Source: Bacilli bacterium (lineage in GTDB: Bacteria; Bacillota_I; Bacilli_A; RFN20; CAG-449). From it: a stretch of DNA of 64,000 nt. Below the pieces are notes generated by a model. It saw only the letters and a program-made list of their open reading frames with translations, was not told where the DNA came from and searched no databases. The stretch lies in NCBI GenBank assembly GCA_048359995.1, contig DBGCPK010000010.1:9860-73859 (forward strand), in the 5' to 3' direction. Position 1 is the stretch's first letter, and every line of letters begins with the position of its first letter. The position numbers and the translations under genes were made by a program. Below, piece by piece: positions 49,934 through 59,190 of this stretch.

Positions 49934-51781
49934 TCAACTCAGCGTTTTCAAATAAGAAAGGACGTATTCGGGATCGACTTTACAGCGCTTTCGCTGCTGA
50001 TCAATCGTTCCTTTTTGTATAAAGCGGTTTTTCAATGCGATGAAGTGGATTTGATTTCGATATCCCAAATTCGTCAATGCGGCGTTGACGTGGAAAGGAA
50101 ACCCTTCTTCGATTCCGTAAGCGTCATAAACGACGATGTGCCGATAAACGAGAAGTTCTTTGAGAAGTTCATAGTCCAACGGAGACTGGAATAGAGCGTT
50201 GACGATTGTGATTTCGGGTTGAGCTTCCAGAAGAGAGTTCAGCACCGGCCCGAATCCGATTACGCAAACGCCCGATTCGGGAAAGCGGGCTTCATATTTC
50301 CACTTTCCGAAAGAAATCTCCGCTTTTTCTCTCGACTCTTTCGAAAAAGTTTCTACCGAGTAGCGGATAGCCAAAGGGTGAGGATAATCGCGGCTGAAAT
50401 CGAAAAGCGCTTCGGCTTCGCTTTTGTCTTTGGCCATGCAAACGCTCATATTGGGCATATTGATTAAAAAGGCTTCGTCGAAAATCCCTTGATGCGTTTC
50501 TCCGTCGGCTCCGACCAATCCGGCCCGATCGATCAGAAGCGTAACGGGCAGATTCATTCGCGCGACATCGTGATTGACCTGATCGTAACTGCGTTGCAGA
50601 AAAGTGGAATAAATCGAAACATAGGCGTGTTTTCCGCATAAAGCGTATCCGGAAGCGAAAGTGACGGCATGTTCTTCGCTGATACCCACATCGAAAACGC
50701 GGTCGGGGTATTTTTTTAGCAGGGAATCGATGCCGCTTCCGATCATCGTACTCGGGTTGATCAAAATCACATTCGGATTGACGGCTAATTCTTCGCCCAG
50801 TTTACTTGCATATACATCTTTGATGTGAATTCTATCTTTGGATAGGCGATACAGGGATTTTCCCGTATGGATATCGAAAGGTTGAACGCTGTGCCACGAA
50901 GAGACATTTTCGCTCTCGGAAAGAGTGTATCCCTTTCCTTTGATCGTCGTGACGTGAAGGACTACCGAAGATTTCTTTTTTTTGGCTTTCCGAAAAGCGT
51001 TTTCCATTTCTTTGAAATCGTATCCGTCGATACCTCCGATGTAATGCAATCCGAACATTTCGAAAAGATTTTCTCTGAACAGCGCCTTTTTCAACAAATC
51101 TTTCGCTTTCTTCGACAGCGAGAAGAACCATCGCGTGAAGCGGGTCTTATTCATACGCTTTCGGTATTTTTCTTTCATATTCATGTATTTTGAGGAAAGA
51201 CGTATGTTTTGCAGAATGTTGTGGAATGCGCCGACGGGCTGAGAGATGGACATATTGTTGTCATTGATGACGATGATGATTTTGTGGCGAAAACCTTCGA
51301 GATTGTTCAATGCTTCCAACGCCATTCCGTTGGCGAGAGAGGAATCTCCGATGAAAGCGATAATTTGATAGTTTTCCTCATTTTGATCTCGGGCGATCGC
51401 CATGCCCATCGCCGTGGAAATGGATGTGGAAGAATGTCCCGCCTCAAAAGGATCGTAAACAGACTCGTTTCGCTTTTGAAATCCGTCGACGCCTTCTTCT
51501 TTCCGGAGATGATCCAAACTTCGTCCGGTAAGCACTTTGTGCGTATAACATTGATGACCGACATCGAAAAGGAGTTTATCTTCCGGAAAGTGAAATGCCC
51601 GATGAAGAGCCACCGTCAGTTCGACGACGCCGAGATTCGAGGCAAGGTGTCCCCCGTTATGACTGCAAGTGTCGATGATATACGCGCGGATTTCATCGCT
51701 TAAACTTTGCAATTCGGAAGGCTTCATTCCTTTCAAATCGCATTGCGAAATTTTTTTGAAAAGCGCTTGATAATCTTCCAT
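49934..51781 (-). CDS. dxs: 1-deoxy-D-xylulose-5-phosphate synthase
   Basis: GGHLASNLGVVELTVALH; GDSSLANGMALEALN; GADGETHQG. Its stop codon abuts the uppS stop with no gap. Confidence 0.92.
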   Translation of the reverse strand: MEDYQALFKKISQCDLKGMKPSELQSLSDEIRAYIIDTCSHNGGHLASNLGVVELTVALHRAFHFPEDKLLFDVGHQCYTHKVLTGRSLDHLRKEEGVDGFQKRNESVYDPFEAGHSSTSISTAMGMAIARDQNEENYQIIAFIGDSSLANGMALEALNNLEGFRHKIIIVINDNNMSISQPVGAFHNILQNIRLSSKYMNMKEKYRKRMNKTRFTRWFFSLSKKAKDLLKKALFRENLFEMFGLHYIGGIDGYDFKEMENAFRKAKKKKSSVVLHVTTIKGKGYTLSESENVSSWHSVQPFDIHTGKSLYRLSKDRIHIKDVYASKLGEELAVNPNVILINPSTMIGSGIDSLLKKYPDRVFDVGISEEHAVTFASGYALCGKHAYVSIYSTFLQRSYDQVNHDVARMNLPVTLLIDRAGLVGADGETHQGIFDEAFLINMPNMSVCMAKDKSEAEALFDFSRDYPHPLAIRYSVETFSKESREKAEISFGKWKYEARFPESGVCVIGFGPVLNSLLEAQPEITIVNALFQSPLDYELLKELLVYRHIVVYDAYGIEEGFPFHVNAALTNLGYRNQIHFIALKNRFIQKGTIDQQRKRCKVDPEYVLSYLKTLS

Positions 51782-52045
51782 CGAATCTAAACTCCTTGTG
51801 TGCTTTATGAATTATATCATTTCCGAACGACAATTTAAAGATGAAAAAATATCTGACGGAAAACGATAAAATACGATGCGAAACATGAGGAGAATCAAAA
51901 GAATGTTCGGAAGAAAATAAGAAACAAGTATGGACAGATTCCGTTGAAATGAAAAGGAGTCCCGTTGAAAACCAATTCCGAAAGCTCTGTCTCTTGCGAG
52001 ATTTCGTGGTATTTTATTGGTTTATAAGCGAGTTTATGATAAAAT

Positions 52046-52065
52046 ATTTCGCGTCAATGCGAAAT
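52046..52065. promoter_or_regulatory. Inverted repeat ATTTCGC-N6-GCGAAAT just downstream of an extended -10 (TGaTAAAAT, 52037-52045)
   Basis: Read directly. Lies 18 nt upstream of the flavodiiron gene start. Confidence 0.3.
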
Positions 52066-52082
52066 AGAAACGAGGCGGATTT

Positions 52083-53213
52083 ATGATAGAATACATCGGA
52101 GTCGACGACCATATTACGGATTTATTCGAAGGTCAGTACCGCATACCGGAGGGCATGAGTTACAATTCCTATCTTATCATCGGAGAATCGCTCGCCGTAA
52201 TGGATACGGTCGACGAACATTTTGTCGATGAATGGCTACTTCATTTGAAGAGTGCCTTGAAAGGAGGAAAACCGGATTATCTCGTCCTTCTTCATATGGA
52301 ACCCGATCACTCTTCCGGCATAGCGAAACTTTTGGAACTTTATCCGGATATTATCGTCGTGGGAAATCAAAAAACGTTTGCGATTTTGAAGCAGTTTTTC
52401 CCCGATCTGCAAATCAAGCGCACGAAGATCGTCAAAGAAAACGATCGGTTGAATCTCGGAGGTTATGAACTGAAATTCATCTTTGCGCCGATGGTGCATT
52501 GGCCGGAAGTAATGATGGCGTACGAAACCTCAACGCATTCGCTGTTTTCCGCGGACGCTTTCGGCAAATTCGGCGCTTTGAACAGCGGAGGCAATTGGAA
52601 AGAAGAAGCGAGAAGGTATTACATCGGGATCGTCGGGAAATACGGCGCGCAGGTGCAATCTCTTTTTAAGAAAATTGCCGGAATGGAATTGGAAAATATC
52701 TATCCTCTTCATGGGCCGGTTTTAAGATCGCCTTTGGACGAGTATCTCGCCCTTTACGACCGATGGTCGTCCTATCTTCCGGAAAGCCGGGGAGTTTTAA
52801 TCGCTTACGCTTCGATCTACGGTCACACGAAAAGAGCCGTCGAATATCTCTGCCAAGCGCTTGAAGGCAAGAAGTACGAAGCGTTCGATCTTGCCCGATG
52901 CGATAAAGCGCAGGCGATCGCGAAAGCGTTTCAGTATCCGGAGATGATTCTGGCTACGCCGACATACAACGGCGAGGTTTTTCCGCCCGTAAAAGAATTT
53001 CTATCCGGCTTGAAAGAAAGAAATTATCAGAATCGGAGAGTCGGCATCATCGAAAACGGATCGTGGGCGCCGAACGCCAAGAAATATATTCTCGATTTTT
53101 TCGCCGGCTCGAAAGGAATCGAATTCATGCAAAACGCGGTTACCATCCGCTCTTCTCTCAGCCGCGACGACGAGAAGAATCTGGACGCTTTGGCAGAAGA
53201 AATCAAAGCGTAA
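52083..53213 (+). CDS. Flavodiiron protein (FprA-type: MBL-like domain plus flavodoxin-like domain)
   Basis: HMEPDHSS (HxExDH di-iron motif). C-terminal VLIAYASIYGHTKRA flavodoxin-like start. Confidence 0.8.
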   Translation: MIEYIGVDDHITDLFEGQYRIPEGMSYNSYLIIGESLAVMDTVDEHFVDEWLLHLKSALKGGKPDYLVLLHMEPDHSSGIAKLLELYPDIIVVGNQKTFAILKQFFPDLQIKRTKIVKENDRLNLGGYELKFIFAPMVHWPEVMMAYETSTHSLFSADAFGKFGALNSGGNWKEEARRYYIGIVGKYGAQVQSLFKKIAGMELENIYPLHGPVLRSPLDEYLALYDRWSSYLPESRGVLIAYASIYGHTKRAVEYLCQALEGKKYEAFDLARCDKAQAIAKAFQYPEMILATPTYNGEVFPPVKEFLSGLKERNYQNRRVGIIENGSWAPNAKKYILDFFAGSKGIEFMQNAVTIRSSLSRDDEKNLDALAEEIKA

Positions 53214-53307
53214 TTCGTCTATAAAAGCAAAGAAGTTTTTTCACCTGCTTTTATTTATTAAAATACAGGGATTGTGTTACAATAATCTATTGGGAGATTT
53301 TGGAAGT

Positions 53308-56148
53308 ATGGGAAAAGAAATCGTTGTTAAAGGCGCAAGAGAAAACAATCTCAAAAATGTTACTATCCGCATTCCGAAGGAGAAACTTGTGGTTTTCACA
53401 GGGGTTTCCGGAAGCGGAAAGTCTACTTTGGCTTTCGATACGATCTACAATGAAGGTCAACGTCGTTATGTGGAAAGTTTATCCAGTTATGCCCGACAAT
53501 TTTTAGGCGGGGTAGAAAAGCCGGACGTCGATTCGATCGAAGGGCTGTCTCCGGCTATCGCCATCGATCAGAAGACGACTTCGCACAATCCGCGGTCGAC
53601 AGTCGGAACGGTGACTGAAATCTACGACTATCTTCGCCTTCTTTACGCTCGGATCGGCGTCGCGTATTGCCCGACTCACCATAAACCGATAGTGAAATTC
53701 ACGCCGAAACAAATGGTCGATATCGTCAGAAAACGGCCTGTCGGAAGCAAGATTATGATTCTCGCGCCGATCGTTTACAATGAAAAAGGCACGCAGAAAG
53801 ACGTTTTGGAAAAAATCAGGAATTTAGGTTACGAAAGAATACGACTGGAACGGAAAAACATTCTCCGGTTAAGCGAAGTACCGCCTTTGGAAAAGAACGC
53901 CAAGCATTTTATCGACGTAGTCATCGATCGTTTGGTTTTAAAAGAAGACAGCGATTCCCGACTTTACGAGAGTATCGAAAGCGCTTTGGACGTCGCGGAC
54001 GGATATGTCATCATCTATGCCGACGGTGAAGAAACGCTTTTCAGCCAACATCAAGCCTGTCCGGAATGCGGTTTTTCGGTTCCTCCTTTGGAACCGAGAT
54101 TGTTTTCGTTCAACGCGCCTTTAGGGTGCTGTCCGGAATGTCATGGATTGGGAATCAAAAGAGAATCAACCGAAAATCTGTTGATACCGAATCCGAATCT
54201 TTCCATCAGACAGGGCGCGGTTGCGTATTATAAGAATACGCTGGAAACGACGAATATCGAATGGCAGGAATTTGATTATCTTTTAAAATATTACGGGATT
54301 TCCAAAGATATCCCCTATCGTAAACTGACCGACGAACAGAAAAAAATCATCCTTTTCGGTTCACCGAAACCTTTGCGTTTTCAGTTGACTTCCGTCTCCG
54401 GAAACGTGATGAATCGGACCGGAATCGAAGGAATCAAGACAAAAGTGGATCGCCTCTACGTTTCGACAAACAGCGAATTTATGCGCGAATACTACGGTTC
54501 GTTTATGTCGGATTCCGTTTGTACGGCCTGTCAAGGAGCGAGATTGAATCCGAGTACTTTATCGGTGAGAATCGGCGGGCTTAATATTTACGAGATGACG
54601 ACTTTGTCCTTGAAGGATCTGATGAATTTTTTGACGAATCTGCAATTGACTCCGCAGGAACGGGAAATCGCGTCGCTGATTTTAAGGGAAATCACGAATC
54701 GGGTTTCGTTCTTGATCGACGTCGGATTGGAATACTTGAATCTGGCGCGAATGGCGATGACGCTTTCCGGAGGCGAAAGTCAAAGAATCCGTTTAGCCAC
54801 GCAGATCGGATCCAAGTTAACCGGAGTTCTTTACGTTTTAGACGAGCCGTCCATCGGTTTACATCAAAGAGATAACGATCGGTTGATCGCCACGTTGAAA
54901 GAAATGGTTGAATTGGGAAATACCCTGATCGTCGTCGAACACGACGAAGATACGATGTTGGCCAGCGATTATCTGGTGGATATCGGTCCGGGTGCAGGAG
55001 AACACGGAGGAAAAATCGTCAGCGCGGGAACTCCGGAACAGGTTATGAAAGATCCGAATTCGCTGACCGGGCAATATTTAAGTGGGAAAAAATTTATTCC
55101 GATTCCGACCTATCGTGCGAAGGGAAACGGCAAATTTCTGACGATCCGAAAGGCAGAATGCAATAATTTGAAAAAGATCGACGTCAAAATTCCATTGGGA
55201 ATCTTTGTTTGCGTAACCGGCGTTTCCGGCAGCGGAAAATCGAGCCTGATCACCGAAATTCTATATAAAAGCGTTCGGAATCACCTTTACGACACGAAAG
55301 AAGTTCCGGGTAAATGCGAAGCGGTTTTGGGAATGAATCATATCGATAAGGTGATCAACGTATCGCAAGAACCGATCGGCAGAACGCCGCGAAGCAATCC
55401 TGCGACCTACATCGAAGTTTTCGACGATATCCGCGATCTTTTCGCCAATACGATCGAGTCAAAGGCCAGAGGATACACCAAGAGCAGATTCTCTTTCAAT
55501 GTCAAAGGCGGCTGCTGTGAAAAATGCGGAGGAGACGGCGTCAAAAGAATCTCGATGAATTTCCTTCCGGACGTATTTGTCACCTGCGACGAGTGCGGAG
55601 GAAGAAGATACAACGAGGAAACGCTTCAAGTTACCTATAAAGGAAAGAATATTTTCGACGTTTTGGAAATGACTTGCGAAGAGGCGGAAAGGTTCTTCGA
55701 AAACGTACCTTCGATTCACCGTAAAGTGAAAACGTTGGTAGATGTCGGATTAGGATATATCAAACTGGGGCAAAGTTCCACGACGCTATCCGGCGGAGAG
55801 AGCCAACGCGTTAAATTGGCATATGAATTGCAAAGGCGTTCGACGGGAAATACGCTGTATATTCTCGACGAACCGACGACGGGACTTCATATCGACGATA
55901 TCCGCGCGCTGTTGAATGTCCTCAATACGATTGTTTCCAACGGGAATTCCGTAATCGTCATCGAGCATAATCTCGATATCATCAAATGCGCGGATTATAT
56001 CATCGATCTCGGACCGGAAGGAGGCGACCAAGGCGGGAATATCGTCGCGCAGGGAACGCCGGAAGAAGTGATGCGGTGTGAGGAATCCTATACGGGAAAA
56101 TATTTAAAAAGAATCATCGAAAGGGATCGCGCAAGGGCGGCAAAATGA
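53308..56148 (+). CDS. uvrA: Excinuclease ABC subunit A
   Basis: GARENNLKNV, two GVSGSGKSS/T Walker A sites, two LSGGE signatures, CPECxG and CxxCxG zinc modules. Confidence 0.97.
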   Translation: MGKEIVVKGARENNLKNVTIRIPKEKLVVFTGVSGSGKSTLAFDTIYNEGQRRYVESLSSYARQFLGGVEKPDVDSIEGLSPAIAIDQKTTSHNPRSTVGTVTEIYDYLRLLYARIGVAYCPTHHKPIVKFTPKQMVDIVRKRPVGSKIMILAPIVYNEKGTQKDVLEKIRNLGYERIRLERKNILRLSEVPPLEKNAKHFIDVVIDRLVLKEDSDSRLYESIESALDVADGYVIIYADGEETLFSQHQACPECGFSVPPLEPRLFSFNAPLGCCPECHGLGIKRESTENLLIPNPNLSIRQGAVAYYKNTLETTNIEWQEFDYLLKYYGISKDIPYRKLTDEQKKIILFGSPKPLRFQLTSVSGNVMNRTGIEGIKTKVDRLYVSTNSEFMREYYGSFMSDSVCTACQGARLNPSTLSVRIGGLNIYEMTTLSLKDLMNFLTNLQLTPQEREIASLILREITNRVSFLIDVGLEYLNLARMAMTLSGGESQRIRLATQIGSKLTGVLYVLDEPSIGLHQRDNDRLIATLKEMVELGNTLIVVEHDEDTMLASDYLVDIGPGAGEHGGKIVSAGTPEQVMKDPNSLTGQYLSGKKFIPIPTYRAKGNGKFLTIRKAECNNLKKIDVKIPLGIFVCVTGVSGSGKSSLITEILYKSVRNHLYDTKEVPGKCEAVLGMNHIDKVINVSQEPIGRTPRSNPATYIEVFDDIRDLFANTIESKARGYTKSRFSFNVKGGCCEKCGGDGVKRISMNFLPDVFVTCDECGGRRYNEETLQVTYKGKNIFDVLEMTCEEAERFFENVPSIHRKVKTLVDVGLGYIKLGQSSTTLSGGESQRVKLAYELQRRSTGNTLYILDEPTTGLHIDDIRALLNVLNTIVSNGNSVIVIEHNLDIIKCADYIIDLGPEGGDQGGNIVAQGTPEEVMRCEESYTGKYLKRIIERDRARAAK

Positions 56149-57308
56149 AAAACGCGGTTTATGTACAGTCGGGCGGTCCCACTTCGGTCATTAACGCTTC
56201 TTTTTACGGCGTCATTCGTGCTTGTCAGCAAAACGGGGAAATCGAAACCCTCTTCGGTGCGAAATACGGAATTCAAGGGCTGATCGAAGATCGCTTGATA
56301 CCGATTCAAAACGATCGAGATTATTCGCCGTTGAAAAAAATCCCGGGCGCGATTTTAGGAAGCGCCCGCGTCAAACTCGGCGATTTTTCCGATCCTCTTT
56401 ATCAAAAAATTCTTTCATCGATGAAAAAACACGATATCCGCATGATTTTCATCAACGGCGGAAACGATTCGATGGATACGGCGGACAAACTCGACAATTA
56501 CTTTCGGCACGTCGGATACGATTGTGCGGTGGTAGGAATCGCCAAAACCATCGACAACGATTTGGAAGAATGCGACTTTACGCCGGGGTTTCCCAGCGCA
56601 GTTCGCTACATCGTCAAGACCCTGACGGAAATTTATCTGGATATTCGATCCTATCGAAAGGGCAGAGTTACGATCGTCGAGATGATGGGCAGAGACGCCG
56701 GCTGGCTTTGCGCCTCTTCCGCGTTGGCTAACGACTATGGTTTCGGTCCGGATTTGATCTACGTTCCCGAAATCCCGTTCGATAAATACGCTTTTCTCAA
56801 AGAAGTAAAGCAGGTTTACGAGGACAAACAGCGTGTTTTGATCTGCGTTTCGGAAGCGCTGAAAGACTCGCACGGGCAATACGTTTTCTGCGATGACAAT
56901 CATCTGGATTCTTTCGGTCACAAACAACTCGGCTCTGTGAGCAAAAATCTTTGCGATCTGATTCATCGTCACTTGCATTATTCCACGCGCCATATCGAAC
57001 TCAATTTGATGCAGCGTTCGTCGGCGCATCTTCAGAGCCAATTGGACGTCCGTTGGGCGGAAGAATGCGGCTTTGAAGCGGTGAACTATGCGAAGGAAGG
57101 GAAGCGAGGTATAGTTTGCCTTCAAAGGGAGAAGGGAAAAATTCGATGCGTGCTGAAAGATTTCGGACTTGTCGCCAATAAAGTACGAACGATGCCTCCC
57201 GAATTTCTTCGATCGGATCATCGCGATCTCAGCCTCAAGGGAAAAGAGTACTTTTCGATTTTTAAAGATGATTCTTTGAGAATTGATATTCCCGAGGAAT
57301 TCCAATAG
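56145..57308 (+). CDS. pfp: Phosphofructokinase, probably PPi-dependent
   Basis: GGPTSVINAS; INGGNDSMDTA; AKTIDNDL; VEMMGRDAGW. Asp and Lys sit at the two positions that distinguish PPi- from ATP-dependent enzymes. Confidence 0.8.
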   Translation: MKNAVYVQSGGPTSVINASFYGVIRACQQNGEIETLFGAKYGIQGLIEDRLIPIQNDRDYSPLKKIPGAILGSARVKLGDFSDPLYQKILSSMKKHDIRMIFINGGNDSMDTADKLDNYFRHVGYDCAVVGIAKTIDNDLEECDFTPGFPSAVRYIVKTLTEIYLDIRSYRKGRVTIVEMMGRDAGWLCASSALANDYGFGPDLIYVPEIPFDKYAFLKEVKQVYEDKQRVLICVSEALKDSHGQYVFCDDNHLDSFGHKQLGSVSKNLCDLIHRHLHYSTRHIELNLMQRSSAHLQSQLDVRWAEECGFEAVNYAKEGKRGIVCLQREKGKIRCVLKDFGLVANKVRTMPPEFLRSDHRDLSLKGKEYFSIFKDDSLRIDIPEEFQ

Positions 57309-57326
57309 AATAGAGAGGGTGATTAA

Positions 57327-57833
57327 ATGAAAAAAGTAGCGAAATTTGAAAAAGTCTCTTTCGAGGTGTTTTCCGAATCTCTCGATGATTCGGAACTGAG
57401 CGAAAGATCCACACTGGCGCTTTACGATTCGATTTCTTTGCCGAAAAGGGCAACGAAATTTTCCGCCGGATACGATTTTTTCTCTTATTCGGACATTACG
57501 CTGAATCCGGGAGAAACGATAAAGATTCCCACCGGAATTCGTTGCAGAATTGAAGAAGATTACGTGCTTATTTTAGTTCCGAGATCGAGTTTAGGGTTCA
57601 AATATCGTTTGCAGTTGGACAATACGGTGGGAATCATCGACAGCGATTATTATTCGGCGAAAAACGAGGGACATATCTTCATAAAAATGACGAATGAAAG
57701 CAAATCGGGAAAAGTGTTGAAAATTAAAAAGGGAGAGGCTTTTGCGCAAGGAATCTTTCTGCAATACGGAATCACTGACGACGACGACGTTGACGCGGAA
57801 AGAATAGGAGGTTTTGGGTCGACCAATCGGTAA
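57327..57833 (+). CDS. dut: dUTP diphosphatase (trimeric type)
   Basis: SAGYDFFS; GIIDSDYY; RIGGFGSTN. Confidence 0.85.
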   Translation: MKKVAKFEKVSFEVFSESLDDSELSERSTLALYDSISLPKRATKFSAGYDFFSYSDITLNPGETIKIPTGIRCRIEEDYVLILVPRSSLGFKYRLQLDNTVGIIDSDYYSAKNEGHIFIKMTNESKSGKVLKIKKGEAFAQGIFLQYGITDDDDVDAERIGGFGSTNR

Positions 57834-57834
57834 T

Positions 57835-58125
57835 ATGAAAAGAATAAAATGGATCGAAGCGATAATCGTCGTTTCGGCGGTGGCCCTTTTAGCGGGGTTC
57901 TGCATTCCAACGATTTTGACAAATGTCGGTAAAGCGCGGGTTACCGCTTCTTATCTTGCCGCGAAAGCGTATTACGAAGAATATTTATCTTTCAATAATA
58001 TTGACAATTTAGAGGAAGGTGAGGTAATATATTATAATGATGGTCATCTGTTTTGGGTGATCGATGATCAAGGAAATATCATAGAGGATACCCAAAAAAA
58101 CGAAAAAACTCCTCTGGAAAGATAA
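57835..58125 (+). CDS. Small protein with an N-terminal TM anchor
   Basis: MKRIKWIEAIIVVSAVALLAGF... No motif recognised. Confidence 0.4.
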   Translation: MKRIKWIEAIIVVSAVALLAGFCIPTILTNVGKARVTASYLAAKAYYEEYLSFNNIDNLEEGEVIYYNDGHLFWVIDDQGNIIEDTQKNEKTPLER

Positions 58126-58134
58126 CCTCCACAT

Positions 58135-58219
58135 GGGGATATGGCGAAATTGGCAGACGCGTTAGAATCAGGATCTAATGTTGAAAGACGTGACGGTTCG
58201 AGTCCGTTTATCCCCACCA
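58135..58219 (+). tRNA. tRNA-Leu (anticodon CAG)
   Basis: Hand-folded: acceptor ggggata/tatcccc, anticodon arm ttaga-ATCAGGA-tctaa, long variable arm, T-arm gacgg-ttcgagt-ccgtt, encoded CCA. 85 nt. Confidence 0.9.
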
Positions 58220-58231
58220 TCTAAGTGCAAC

Positions 58232-58265
58232 AGATTGATACAATTAAAGTATCAATCTTTTTTTA
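58232..58265 (+). terminator. Intrinsic terminator after tRNA-Leu
   Basis: agattgatac / aattaaa / gtatcaatct, then a T-run. Confidence 0.75.
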
Positions 58266-58323
58266 TTTTAGGAAATGAATTCGTAAAATAAGCGTCAAAG
58301 ATCTCCTAGTACGAACCAAGGAA

Positions 58324-58616
58324 CTAAGAAAGATCAAATTGTTTGGAAATATTCCAAGGCAAAAGAGAATCCAAGGCTTCATCCGACATATTGGGTTTCA
58401 TCAAATCTAAGACCTTAGCTATATACTTTTCAGAATCCAGTAAATTCTCTTTGGCTGTTTATTGAAGAGAAAAGATAATCGCAGAAGAAAAAGCACCGTC
58501 CGTAGTTGCATTGAATATGAAGTTCTTTCTTGCAATAACAAAAGGCTTTATCGCTCTTTCAGAAATATTATTGGTCATTTCGATATGCCCGTCTTCCGGA
58601 TATGTCGTAAATTCTT
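58324..58616 (-). mobile_element. IS66-family transposase C-terminal fragment (pseudogene)
   Basis: The minus strand reads ..YPEDGHIEMTNNISERAIKPFVIARKNFIFNATTDGAFSSAIIFSLQ*TAKENLL..LLPWN.., matching the IS66 C-terminal signature (DG.l.idNN.aER.iRP..iGRKN.lF). It contains an in-frame stop, and everything N-terminal is missing. Confidence 0.7.
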
Positions 58617-59030
58617 TTCAATGATATCCAGGGGATAGACGGAGATGGAAACCCATATGCGATCTTCACGCCATTGACCCTATATGAGACAAAAGAGACC
58701 ATGAATAGCCTATGCGAGGCGTACAACAATGCGATAGACGAGGGAAAGGACGACCCTACGCCGTTCATCAAGTACCTGTTGTCCATCGTCGATATGGCCT
58801 GCAGGGATTTCGAGGGGAGGCTCGACATTATCAAGGCCAAGGTCTCATCGTCGGACATGGTGAGAATGGCATTCGAGAAGAAGGTCGGCAAGGTCACAAA
58901 GTCCGACATCGCGGAACTCTGCCCAGGGATCTCGATCAGCGCGGTGGAGAAAGGCATCGCCCAATTGGTAAAAAGCGGTGAAGTGCTCAAAATGGGGAAC
59001 GGGAAGAAAACGTTCTATATCAAAAAATAA
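58611..59030 (+). pseudogene. Fic-family remnant lacking the catalytic core
   Basis: ..AIFTPLTLYETKETMNSLCEAYNNAI-DEGKDDPTPFIKYLL..DIAELCPGISISAVEKGI..GNGKKTFYIKK aligns with aa ~77-100 and ~176-274 of the Fic protein at 1..825. The stretch that should carry the HPFxDGNGR motif is absent. Confidence 0.7.
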
Positions 59031-59049
59031 TCCCGTAAAGATAGGTTCT

Positions 59050-59110
59050 GTAGAATCTAATGGGGGTATTATGGGGCAGGAAAAATAAGATTACGTAGAA
59101 TCTAATGAGG
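59050..59110 (+). repeat. Direct repeat GTAGAATCTAATGRGG, two copies
   Basis: Copies at 59050-59065 and 59095-59110 with one mismatch. Confidence 0.7.
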
Positions 59111-59190
59111 TCAAAGACAGATAATATAAAAATTGAAAATTTATGATATAATCTAAACGAAAGGTAGATAGTAATTTGACGGAGTGACAG

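Noticed and set aside
56415-57305. 296-aa minus-strand ORF and 169-aa plus-strand alternate-frame ORF 56222..56731
   Set aside because: They overlap the PFK gene, which carries all the PFK family motifs. The alternates are Arg-rich nonsense.
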